Assembly (NCBI RefSeq): GCF_006345805.1
Contig: NC_042998.1
Span: 96,782,001 to 96,846,000, forward strand
Direction: 5' to 3'
Length of the DNA: 64,000 bases
Source: Octopus sinensis
Taxonomy: Eukaryota
Translations under genes and position numbers: made by a program
Shown: piece by piece, positions 1 through 13,800 of the stretch
Numbering within the stretch: position 1 is the first letter of the stretch
How the letters are laid out: the number at the start of each line of letters is the position of its first letter
The notes under the pieces: generated by a model
Databases searched by the model: none
Seen by the model: only the letters and a program-made list of their open reading frames with translations
What the model was told of the DNA's origin: nothing

Positions 1-1429
1 TACACACCTTAATTTATACTTATTCAGTAAGGTACAAATATACACTATTAATATCCAACACAAGTCCACATACTCAACAAAAGAAGTGTCAACATATTTA
101 AACAAATGAACTAATATATTCACCTGATTAATATTGAATTCACTCATTTTTACTTTCCATTTAATACTCTAATAACACTTTATTATAATTTAAATGCACA
201 AAGTCAGAGGAAACAGGTTCAAATTCTATAGCTATTTTAGGTATCTGAGAACTATAAAATACATCAGAAAGCTTTTCTACAATCTACATAATTACATAAA
301 ATCACAACACTGCAGAAAGCAGTTTTATATACCATCTGTCTTTTGTTGAGAAATGTCATTTTTGAAATTATTTTCTATGGCAATATTTCAAGTTTTTTGA
401 AGCAATGTGACTTGCAGAAAATAGCAATTCTATTTTTTAATTGATGTTTAAAATTATTACAAGAATAACCATGAAATTTAATTTCACAGTTAAAGTGTTA
501 ATTTTTGAATTAATCAATCGAAAGTATTATTAGCACCATTCATTCATAAACGCAATAGCAAATTATCCTCTTTTCTCATCCTAATTATTGCAAAGTGGAA
601 TTTTAATACACAGTTGCAACTTTCACCTAACCACTTCCACAGACATCCTGATTTCTACTTTATCATCAATTGCTCTTCTTCTCACCTTGAGTGAATGAAC
701 ACAACTCAGAATAGTGAGGACTACTTGATCTTACAGGATACAAGGCAACTTTGCTTGTGCTGGCATCACAATAGAATGTATTGAGTACTCTATAAAGTGA
801 TTGGCAAACAAGTGAGACAATGCAGGGGCAAAAGGACTATTTAGTCTTGCTGAAGACATGACACCCTCTCTAGTGTTGATGCCTTAATAAAATGTATGTA
901 GTACAATGTAATAGGCAGCCAGCTATACAGACTAAGCTAAAACTGTAATGTTTGAGAGAGTGTGGTTCTCCAATCCTTCAAGGAAACCAACCTAAAACTG
1001 TAATGTTCAAGGGGGTGGTCCTCCAATCCTTCAAAGAGGGTAGTAACTTTAAACATGAATTGACTCAGATTCTAGCAAACTGTCAAACCCATGCCAGCAT
1101 GGAAAGCAGACATTAATCCTTTGCCTGTCCTTTGTATCATATGTGATACACAGGACACATTTCCCTGGTATCCATGCATCATATATGATAAACATTCCAA
1201 TTTTTTTTCAACCATTAGAGTAACTTGGGACTTATGAAAGGAAAGCATTATGTTACTCAGAACATATAAAACAAGGAGTAGCTAAAAGACCAAAAACAAA
1301 CATGAACATTTAGGACAAACTCATGAAAATGCTTTGAAGAAGCAAAGGATTAAATGATGACCATCATCATCATTGTTGTTTATACCTATGATATAAAAAC
1401 ACATCCAATAGTATTTCTGTAGTACTCAC

Positions 1430-1600
1430 CTGCTCAGGATTTAACACTTGGTTGATATCTTCAGAATAAGATGTCATGCGAAACATGCGAGCAATTCGGT
1501 TACGGTACACAGCATTCGGATACAATGTTTGACATTTGATAATTTTTCTCTTATGGAAAGAGAAAGGCATTATTTTCTCAAGATCTAGTACCAAATCCAC
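1430..1600 (-). CDS. TRPA1: TRPA exon W: [12 protein letters not shown]...INQVLNPEQ
   Basis: cctttacag acceptor, CAG|GTGAGT donor, 171 nt; the next exon was not found in 1-1424. Confidence 0.92.
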
Positions 1601-2596
1601 CTGTAAAGGAATAACGAAAACAGACTTTTAATTCCTAACTGCCAAAAATAATATACACTGAAATTATTGTAGCAATTTTACATAGAAAATTCTATACAAT
1701 AAGTATTGTATTTGATGGCATATAAGACCCTCTTTTCTACCTAAAGATTATCTAAAAATGTCATCCCAAGTCCTATATGTGAAGACAGACCTAACGTAAA
1801 TCCTTGAGTATAGTTCGCCCTTGAGTATAATATGCAGGGGATTTTTAGGGGACTGTACCACTGAAAAACCTAAACTTTGTGTATAATACGCACCCCAAGC
1901 CAGCAGCACCTAGTCGAACAAACACTTCTGCGCATGCGTAATACAATAATGGTGATGTTCTTAACTGTTATATGGGAATGTAAATATGTTTGCGAATTGT
2001 TTTTGTTACATGTTATTCTGTGTTCTGAATATTTTTATTTTAATAAATGTTGCTCACTGCAAGTTATGGATGATTTTTTTATGACTTCATTGCTATCAGG
2101 CTTAGCTTAAGGTATTTTCATGCCCAACATCACAAAATGCATCTGAATAAACATTGCCGGACAGCAAATAGAGACTCAGACATTGCTTAGAAAATATTTT
2201 TCATTTTTAACCTCGTATATAGTACGCACTAGGGATTTTGACCTTTAAATTTTGGGAAAAAAGTGTGGATTATACTCGAGGATTCACGATATATTACATG
2301 CTTTAAAGCACTGAAAACTTTTTTCTCAAACATGTGTACTGAAATTGGGGTGCACCTAATATGTCCATGTGTCTTTTACGTCATCAGATACATCTCTTTA
2401 ACCTACCACAAAATTTACTGCAAATTTATTTGCTTTTTTTAATCAAAAAAGAAAAGAAATATCCATGACTGTCTCATTGAAAATAATAAACCACTTTTGT
2501 ACATCTCTTAGCCTAATAAAGATGGACAATACCCACAGGTTATAAAGGCCATCTCATACTGAAAACAATTGTTTCTTAAAGTAGTAGTAGTAGTGA

Positions 2597-2675
<79 letters not shown>

Positions 2676-4593
2676 TAGCATGAAGAAAAAACATTATTAT
2701 CAAATATAAAAAAACAAACAAGGTAAAAAAGAAAAAAGGGATCTTTTCCCTTTTGAACGACAGATCGAGAAATTAATTTTTTGTAACTAATTACTTTCAA
2801 ACTTCGAACATTGGTAGAATGTGTCATATAAAACATCTTTTACTCTTAGTGTTGTTGAGAAAAGTTTATATTTTTAAAGTTATTTCATGTTAAAGTAGTC
2901 GTATTTCAGTAATTTCAACCACTCAATGACGTGTATTCAGCTGAATAAAATTACTGCCATTATTTGTCAACAGCAACTATCGGCAGTGTATATTTCATTT
3001 GTCACTGTTATTTATGACATCGTTCGTGCATTTGTACTGGTTTTAGCTTTAGGGTTTTAGGGTTAAGGTTAGAGTTTTAGGGTTAGGGTTAGGGTTTTAG
3101 GGTCAGGGTTAGGGGGTTAGGATTAGGGTTTTAGGGTTAGAGTTAGTGTGTTAGGGTTAGAGTTAAGATTTTAGGATTACAGTTAGGATGTTAGGGTTAG
3201 GGTTAGGGTTTTAGGGTTAGGGTTAAAGTTTTAGGGTTACAGCTAGGGTTAGGGTTGGAGTTTTAGGGATAGGATTAGGGATAGGATTAGGGTTGGTATT
3301 TTAGGGTTAGAATTATGGAAAAAGGTGAAAAATGAAGAAATTGGCGGGGGGGGAGGGGGGACAAAAAGTCTTTCTGAAAACAGTAGCTGAAAAACAGGAA
3401 AAAATCTAAAAGCAGTAGAAATGCATGAACGATTGTGATGATGCCATGAAGTTAACATGCTTCAGATACACTTGTTTATTCATACAAATATAACTGAGAT
3501 GAAATATGTCATAAATAACAGTGACAAGCGAAATATGCACTGCCGGAAGTTGTTGTTGACAAACAATAGCAGTAATTTTATTCAGCTGAATACACATCAT
3601 TGATTGGTTGAAATTACCAAAATACGACAACTTTAACACGAAATAACTTTGAAAATACAAACTTTTCTCAACACCACTAAGAGTAAAAGATGTTTTATAT
3701 GACACATTCTACCAGTGTCCGAAGTTTGAAAGTGGTTAGTAACAAAAAATTAATCTCTCGATCTGCTATTCAAAGGGTAAAGTTTAAAAAAAAGAGCTAA
3801 GTACTGTGACAGTTATCATAAATCTATCACAATTGTGTGAAAGTATTTAGTCCTCCTTTGAATATTATTTTAGGTTAAAACCAATACCACTCTGTGCATC
3901 CCTAGTACATACTAAAAAAATATTGAACAACATTATCTTGAATAAAATATTACCCCATTAAAAAACTACAGTAACCTACTGCTGCTGCTACTACTACTAC
4001 TACTACTACTTTAAGAAACAATTGTTTTCAGTTTGAGAAGGCCTTAATAGTCTGTAGGTACTCTCCACTTTCATCTATTGAAAAACATAGTTTTGTTTCA
4101 ATTAATTTTGAATATTATAAGGAATTTAATAAACTAGCTTCGTCATTATTTAGCTGGTATTTGAGGCATAAATCAACATTAAATTTTGATGGAAGGTTAT
4201 AATTTAAATCACTTTGATATGGGATGCTTGTGTCATAGAACCAGGTGCAGTTTCAGACTGAGTGGTATCAACAGAGTTAAATTTGCTTGTATGAGGAAAT
4301 CGATGTAAAAGAGAAAATCAAAACAGGGACCAAGGAAATGTTATCTCACAAATAAAAACAGCTGTCAAAAAATTTTAAGTTATTTATGCATGAATTAATG
4401 TTAATATTACAGTAAGAATATTATCCTTAATGTCTGTATACAGGCCTACAATTTTCTTATATTTCTAAATATCAGTTTTCTGAAATAATACATTTACAAG
4501 TATACATACCTGCATGGCTCTACGTTTCAGAGTAGCTTTATTTTGTACTTCTTTAATATCATCTACAGCCAAACCAACCTGTAGGAGAAAGCA

Positions 4594-4628
<35 letters not shown>

Positions 4629-6478
4629 GAGTGAGAGAGCAGTGCATGCCATCAAAGTGACACTGGGGTACAAATATACAAAGCCCAATATGCCCATCAT
4701 GACTACCCGTTTGATAAGTATACACCAGGCGCATGCATCACAACCATAAGTGTACAACATGTTGATCTCGCATCAAGATAAACAGCACATGACCTTGCAA
4801 GTGGGGCCCAGTTAGAATTTTCTTCATGTCAAGTAGCCAATCCCACTCAGAAGGTCCCTGAATAAGGTTTGTTTAAGGATGATGAAAAAACCAACATGTT
4901 TCCAGAGGCGAATTATTCAAACCCCAAAGAATTCCTCTCAACACATGGCTGTGATGCACCTCCACTACTTCGTCTCATGATCAGAGATGCACATATTGTC
5001 AGCCATTAAGGGACATGTTCCACTGACAAGCAAATCTGTGGTATTGAGCAGAATATTCGCTGTAGCCCATCTTTTATACCAAGACAAAACACGTACATGA
5101 TAACAATTCCAATCAGTTAAGATGAAAAGCCATGAGAGCCAGTGACTGGTACTGCATCAGGGCATTATTGTTGTTGTTGTTGTTGTTATTGAGTGAGAGA
5201 GCAGTGCATGCCATCAAAGTGACACTGGGGTAAAATATATGAAGCTCAATATACCTATCATGACTAACCATTAGATAAAGGTACACCAGGCACATACATC
5301 ACAACTGTATGTGTGTGACATGGTGATCTCATATCAAGATAAACAGAGCATGACCTTGCAAATGGTTAACCAGTAGAATTTTCTTCAGGTTGAGTAGCCC
5401 AACCTTTTCAAAAAGTCCCTGAGTAAGGTTTGTTTGAGGATGTTGAACAAAACACCTATGTTTCCAAAGGTGAATTATCCAAACCCCCAAAAATTCTTCT
5501 CAACACATGGCTATGATGCTCCTCCAATTATTACTATTATTTACCTTATTGTTGCTTTGTTTTAGACAATCTGTTTCAAAGTCTCACCCAAAGACCCCCC
5601 AAGTAACAGCAAGTTGGACATTTTACTATGGATATTATTTATAATAGTAATGATGTATTGTACAGGAAGGAAACCAGAATCTGAGTTTCTGTTAAATTTG
5701 CATGCTGGACAAAATGTTTAGAGGCATTTTGTCTGTCTTTATGTTCTGAGTTCAAATTCTGCCTAGGTTGATATTGTTTTATCCTTTCAGGGTTGATAAA
5801 ATAAGCACCAGCCAAGTGCTGGCATCAATGTAATCGACTTGCCCCTCCCCTCCAAAACTGCTAGTACTGTGCCAAATTTTAAACCAATCAATCGACTAAA
5901 GAACTGGTTGAATATTCCAGGCACATGTACCTTTAACATAATTCTCAAACTGAATCAGTATGACACATGCAATGTAGTTGGAATTTTGAATTACAATATA
6001 GTCCATCTAACAGGATTACACATAGTTTCTGTCTACCTAATTTCGCTGAAGTTATGATAAAGTTGCTCAAGATACCATGGTGGTGGTGGTGGTGATGCCA
6101 GCGGCAGTGTCAGCAGTGGTGGTTGTGATGATGATAATGACAACAATGGTGATGATGATAATGATGGTGAGGATGATGGTGATGATGGTAACGATGGTAA
6201 GGATGATGGTGAATGTATGTATAGTGTAAAGAAACTCACCAGTAAGTTCATAATAATAATCGATCCAAGAATCAAGAATACTAAAAACATGAGGTATGTT
6301 GTTACAGTAAATTGTAAGGAATGATCTGGACTGAAAAAAATGTCATCAAACTCCAGTTCTCCAATCATCATAACAAAGGTTTTCATCAATGATTTTCCAA
6401 TATTGCTAAATTGTTCCTGAAAGAGAACCAATTCATTAAAAGTTATCAGATAACACCAACAAACCAAATGTATAAACA

Positions 6479-6517
<39 letters not shown>

Positions 6518-7770
6518 CAGGCATTTGGGTCATGTTTCCAGTTAGAGAATGTTTTTCCCTCTCCTTCCCATCTGGCTCAAAGGCCTTGCTAAAAGGACAT
6601 GATCAGGGCTGGATTAAGACCCATAAAGGCCCTAAGCACATAAAAGATTTTGGTGCTCCCATATATACTCTTTTTACTCTTTTACTTGTTTCAGTCAGTT
6701 GACTGCGGCCATGCTGGAGCACCGCCTTTAGTCGAGCAACTCAACCCCGGGACTTATTCTTTGTAAGCCCAGTACTTATTCTATTGGTCTCTTTTTGCCG
6801 AACCGCTAAGTGACGGGGACATAAACACACCAGCATCGGTTGTCAAGCAATGCTAGGGGGACAAACACAGACACACACACATATACATATACATATATAC
6901 GACTGGCTTCTTTCAGTTTCCGCCTACCAAATCGATCCAAATCCACTCACAAGGCTTTGGTTGGCCGGAGGCTATAGTAGAAGACACTTGCCCAAGGTGC
7001 CATGCAGTGGGACTGAACCCAGAACCATGTGGTTGGTAAACAAGCTACTTACCACACAGCCACTCCTGCACCTATATATGTAATTTCAAATATAAACAAT
7101 AATAAACCATAAAATAAATTTTTATTTTTCAAAATGAAACACAACTAACAGTAAGGTGGAAAATAATGTTTATTAATGTATACGACCACTTTATTTATAT
7201 CTGAAAAGTATTTCTCTGCTTTTATTAATTACAAAATCTTTAATCAGATCCTCACTATGACACCATAAACACTTCAAAATTATATTTTCAATCATATAAA
7301 CTACTTTGAAAGTTTAAAGTGATTTCTTTTCCACTGTAAACCATTTACCATATCTGTGATCCCCCATTTCCTTAATGCCCAAAGTACATGTTTATTTTGC
7401 TTAATGGCTAATTCAGCACTGGTCATGACCAATGCTTTACCCCATGACTAAAAACTGCAAAAAATATTTTAACAAATGACATTTTTTTTTAGATAATACT
7501 AGACTTGCTATCCAGCCTTGCCCTGTAAAATATTCACAGAATTGTTTGCCAGTTTGTAGAATGGGAATTCACAGTACTTATGCATTTCTATATATTTAAC
7601 CTAACTTCAGGCCTTATTTAATTGGAACAATCCAAACAATAATAATCAATTTACATGAGTAGAAGCTTTTTTTTAAACAATTTTTATCCTGAAAATCACC
7701 TGTTACTTTTGTTTTAAAGTTAAAGATAGGAGAAAGGGAAAGATGTATGAACGTGTATATGAAATGGATA

Positions 7771-7803
<33 letters not shown>

Positions 7804-10800
7804 GTGCCACTTACACATACATGAGAACACACATGTTCACTTACTTACTCTCTCTCTTTCTCACACATGTACACGTACATACAAAAATGATGTACACATG
7901 TGTATTGATGTATGTATGTATACATGACAACACACCCCTTCACTCACTCTGTCTCTTTTTTCTCTCTCTCCCTCTTTCACACACACACATGTCTATTTCA
8001 CATACATACATCTTTCACTTCCTACTCTCTTTCACTTTAAAACAAAAGTAAATAAATAAAAAATTTTTACAGAAATTAACAAACTCCGGATGATGAAATC
8101 ACATTCAGTTAAAAATATTTCTAAATGATTAAAATATTGTGTACGTCAAAAAGTCTTAGGGAGCACAAAGACAATGTGTGTGTGTATGTCACAGATAGCA
8201 AACGTGTGCTTGTGTTGATTGACATGCCAGGACATTCATTATATGTGTGTGTATTCTGTATGTGTGTTGATGTCATGGAAGCCATGTATTTTTTTTTTCA
8301 TTAAGAAAAAACTAACAAAAAATTGTGTTTAAGTGTTTAAATAGAGGTCTAAATGTCACAAAAATTTGTACTGCGCTGCTGAAGGTAAGTATGAAAATAA
8401 ATATGTAAAAAAAAGTAAGATACAATATACTATTTCTGAGATATTTCACACAAACATCCCTAGAGTTTTAGTATTATCAAGATTATGAGAGATGCTTTTA
8501 ATTTACACTTGAACACTTTAACATGTAAAGTTTCATATAAAATAATCAGATACAATATCAGATATGTTTGTATCAAAAAGATCTGACTATGAGAGCATCA
8601 AGTTTACATGTTGCCACTTACAGGCAAGTGAAAAATCGTTTCTGTTGCCGATGTAGTTGTGGTGGAGGCATGTGGTCTTGTGGTTAGGCTGTTGCACTTG
8701 CAATCATTAGATCATGGATTTGGTTCACAGACCAGGCAGCGCATTGTGTTCTTGAGCAAAACACTTCATTCCACATTGCTCCAGCCCCTCTTTCAATCAG
8801 AGAAGAAAGTTGGCCTGCTTGTCTTGCCAGTGGGATGGTGTCATTTGAAGGCTAAAACAAAGTGAAGTGCATCATGACCAGTGATGTGTAACAAAACCTG
8901 ATAGTCTGGCTGGTCATGTGATCTTCCCACTCTTGATCTAGCAGATCACTGAGGATGAGATAGCTGAAGTGAGAAACACATACCAGCACAAAGCTAGCAC
9001 TCATTTACAGCTGAGTGAACTGGAACAATATAAAAAGAAGTGGAGTACATAACATGCTGCTGTTATGCTGGAGTACATAACATGCTGCTCAGTTCAGGAA
9101 TTGAAACCATAATCTTATACTCATGAGTCCAACAAGCTAACCAGTAGACCATGAGAGAGATCAGGAGAGTATCACAAAGTAGATGTATTATATTGTACAT
9201 AAGTATGCATAAAAACTTAGCATATGTAAGCAATTAAATCATTGAGCTTAAATGAGAAAAGAAACTACTTACAAATTCAACAGCTTGTGAATTATTTATC
9301 TGAAAAGAAAGAAGATAATTTAGTATTTTATATATAATAAAATGTAACGCATTTCACACTCTGGTTATGCTGGTAGAGGAGAACTAAAACAACAAACAGT
9401 GGGAATGAGAAGCTAAATGCAGGTGAAATTTAATGTGAGGTTTTGCACTGAAGTTTCTGGTATTTTAATCAGAATCAAACAGCAAATTTTTATCACACAC
9501 ACACACACAAATAAGCATATTATATATTAAACCCTTTTGTTTTCAAAATATTATCATTCACATAATATTTATAAATTACATATATATATACATATATATA
9601 TATATATCATCATCATCATCACCATCATCGTTTAACATCCGTTTTCCGCGCTAGCACAGGTTGGACGGTTCGACCAGGGTCTGGGAAGCCAGGGGCTGCA
9701 CCAGGCTCCAGTCTGATCTGGCAGTGTTTCTATAGCTGGATTCCCTTCCTAACGCCAACCACTCCGTGAGTGTAGTATATATATATATATATACATATAT
9801 CTGTGCCAGTATGAAAGGTGGACATTAAACAATGGTGATGATGATGATGATATACATATATATATATATATATATAAAAGAAAGGATGGAAGGCAAAGTC
9901 GACCTCAGAGGAATTTGAACTAAGAACATAAAGACAGGTGAAATTCTGCTAAGCATTTTGCCAAGTGTGCTAACAATTCTCCCAACTCACCCCCTTATTT
10001 GTATAAAAAAAAATATTATATAAAGGGACTTACTCGTTGACGCAATAAAGCAAAAAACCCAAATGCAAATGCAACAATGAAGAGAGAGAAGACAACAGCA
10101 AACTGTATAAATGTGTATAGGATGTCAGTAAACATAACGACATAGATGCCAAAACGAGGTACTTTCTGTACGTAGAGCACCAAATCAATCCATGCTAGAA
10201 ATATTCCTATTGATCCAAGATTCCATTGCCACTCCTTTAAATAAAAAAAAAAGAAAGGAAAAATAAAATATAGTGATTTGTTTTTCATATTAAATTAAAA
10301 ATAACATCAACAAATTACATTGTAAATTATGAGAAAAAGAGAAAAGACATAAAACTTATAATTATGTATTCATTATCATTATCATAATTTACTTTAATGT
10401 CTCTAAATGAAACATTGAAATAAATGAATGCTATACCTGTACACTTGTCTCAATTGTGTAATTCCCAACATCCTGATATTTGATCTCAATATTTTTTTCC
10501 ATGTCTTTCTCAGTATTTCCCTATCATGAATATCCCACAGATTCAGCAAACAATATCACTTGTCCAAATACTCATCATCTATTCCAAATAGTGCAGGTAT
10601 GTCTTCTGCAAATACCCGTCCATTTTTACCTTTCACTTGTGTTCCACTTTTCACACAGATTGACATTCAACATCCAATGAGCCATACCCACCATCTTACC
10701 AGCCTTTACAAAAGTTCACATTCAATGCTTATATCTTCTTAGTATGTATCATCATAATGATGCATGATGCTAAGGAAACAAAATGTGCTTCATACATACT

Positions 10801-13800
10801 TACAGAAAGCTACAGTTGCCTAAAACAGAAACAGCTCTTTAAACTTAAGCCTGTTTTCTTACTATTATATATTCATTGCAAAACTTATAATTAGATAAGG
10901 TGCCTTAAGTAAAGAACATTACCCATTAATACAAGATTATTACCAGTTCAAATATGCCTGTGGCATATTCAAACTAGTAAGAAAGTAATTTCCTCTGTTT
11001 TATCATGGAGAAAATTTCTTGCTGAAGACAAATAGTGTTCAGTCTGGGTAGGTGGTGCTATGAGCTGATTTTAGGAGTATTTGTAGTTTGTCTACAGTCA
11101 GAAATTCCTCCATAACAAAATACAGTGAATGATTTTCTTACAGGTTTGGATATGTCTCAAACATATTTGAACTGGTATTAACCTTGTATTTAATTACAGC
11201 ACTGCTTAGCACTGCCACGCCATGATTACCCCTTCGTTCTAGTAAACTTACCGAATAGTTCTTACACTTCATGTCATTACTACTGCATTTCTTTTCACTG
11301 TTATTGTATATCTAGAATATTAGGTCAATTTCTTAAACATTTCACTGTACTTTCTGTCCATCCACATCTAGAAGGAAGTAATCCCTACCAGCAGAAGGTA
11401 TCTAGTTCCTACCAGAAAGTACTTGGAGCTCATCATCATCATCATCGTCGTTTAGCGTCCGTTTTCCATGCTAGCATGGGTTGGACGGTTCTACTGGGGT
11501 CTGTGAAGCCAGAAGGCTTCATCAGGCCCAGTCAAATCTGGCAGTGTTTCTACGGCTGGATGCCCTTCCTAACGCCAACCACTCCGTGAGTGTAGTGGGT
11601 GCTTTTTACGTGCCACCCGCACAGGTGCCAGACAGAGCTGGCAAACGGCCACGAACGGATGGTGCTTTTTATGTGCTACCGGCACAAGGGCCAGGCGAGG
11701 CTGGCAACGGACACAAAACGGGGTGGTGCTGGCAACGGTCGCGAAACGGAAGGTTCTCTTACATGCCACCGGCACTGGTAACACATCTGCAATTTATAAA
11801 TTGCATAAATTTTATTACAAATTAATATTTTGGTCTCTGGCATGTTGACAAAAGCATTTCAGAATTGTGCTAGTCTAGGTTCATAAGTGTTTGCCTATTC
11901 TTGCAAAGCAGTTTTTCCAACAGTAAAGTAATTTTAGCATTAAAAGCCAAAGTAAAATACATATAAAAAAAGTGTACATCAAAATCTTACAAAAAGTATC
12001 TTAGCCTTACTTTAGAGTTAGACATTTAACTTTGCTTTAACTCTCCTTGCTTGATCGATCATGCGTACCACTTGCTTAGTAATAAGAAGTAAGAAGAGAT
12101 CTAAATGTAAAACAATTCCTGTAAGATTTCATTTTTGTATTTGGTTTGCAAGATTCTTGATGTGAAACAGATATTGTTGTATCTCAGTGCATGTGTTTAT
12201 TGGCAAAATGACCCTACCAAGACATAACAAGCTCTTATAACAGCATACAAAAATTCAGCAACAAAAAACCATTCTCCTTATGCAGGTTTTGAAAACTGAG
12301 TATAAAACAAGGAAATAAATGAAATAGATTCAGTTTCAATAATATAACTTTAAAATAAACTGTAATCAGTCTTACCTCAATGTAAAGTACTTGCTGTTGA
12401 CATTGACTAAAACCAAGCACAAAAAGAATGGCAAAGAGGTAGGTGACCCAATCTAGGAGATTTACATAGGTTAAATAGCCAAGTCCAGCTTGAAATAACT
12501 GGAAGATCTGAAAATATAATACTGAAAACATTAACAACAGAAACATGACATGCATTTTTTTTCCTATAATATATATTAATCAGCAGTGTTATTAAAACAG
12601 AATATGAAGGAGCAAATGAAATATAATAAAATAAGAAATATAAGTAATGATTCATTATTTCCACATTTGATGGCATAAAAGATGCATATTAGATGCACAT
12701 GTATTTCAGCAGCCCATTATTAGAAAAAAAAGGGTTTTAGTGCATATAGTACCCAGGGTGATTTTTTTAGGGGGGTGCTCTCTTATATACCATCAAATAC
12801 GATACATTAAGAATTATCATCCAATCTGAAAACCAAATAGTTTCATATTATTGATTTAATATGAGTAAATTACATCATATGTAAACAAACATAAGTTTGT
12901 TTTTGAAGCATTGAAATGTATTGTAGAACAAGTAGAAAGATATATTTTTCAATGCGTAAATTCTGAACAGTATATATATAGAATAAAATCCTTTAAGAGC
13001 AGAAAAATTTGTCAGCAACTGGTTGCCAACAAATTTTTCTGCTCTAAAAGGATTTTAGCTTATATATACTGTTATATATCAGTATTTACATGTTGAAAAA
13101 ATATATCTTTTTACCTGTTCTACAACACATGTTCAAATAATGAATCATTACCAAGCCTTACCAACATTAATAAAAGTGATATTATAATCATTTGTAGAAT
13201 ACAAATTAAAGATTTCTGTTCTCTCTCCAAGAACCCAGATTCAGCTATACCTTACTCTAGATGGGTTGGTATGTATCCTGTTGCTCCAATAATAACAAGT
13301 ATGAAGCTGAAAGTGTATCTTGGATACTAGATTTGCAAACTCTTTATCAATAATCTATAGATGTCCTCTTTTTGCAATTGTGTGACTATTATTATTTACT
13401 TAACACTGCCCGATATAAGAATGAGCATGTTAATGTAATATTGTAGCTGAATGGAAAACTTTGGAGAGTTTATAATAAAATCTCCTAATGGGATAACTAC
13501 AAAACTGACAAACGTAGCCTGATTCTTTTATACAGGAGAAGCACACAGTAAGATGTGCCGCTTAAATTTTAACTTTGAAAGTTATTAAAACTAACTTCAC
13601 AGTATTGATATTTTGATGCTCTATAATTACTTTGATTTCAATTTATATAAACTTGTTTAGTCTTTAATACAAACAACCAAAATATCTCTTTTAAACACAA
13701 ATGATCTATGAAAAGATATAAGTATAGACTAGGAAATTATAATGCAAAGATTAGTTTCGATATTAGCAAATAAGGCTTTTTGCCTATGTTCTTACCTCTC

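Noticed and set aside
625-690. Possible next exon (VRRRAIDDKVEIRMSVEVV)
   Set aside because: Weak acceptor and no resemblance to the expected coiled-coil region.
1370-1429. Read-through of the exon W donor giving a short C-terminus (VSTTEILLDVFLYHRYKQQ*)
   Set aside because: A consensus CAG|GTGAGT donor is present and TRPA channels normally continue into a coiled coil; there is no evidence of intron retention.
10430-10760. Purine-rich minus-strand stretch ending in CAG|GTATAG near exon T
   Set aside because: Stops in all useful frames; the fragment [18 protein letters not shown] resembles the C-terminus of RTE LINEs, so it is an old retroelement remnant.
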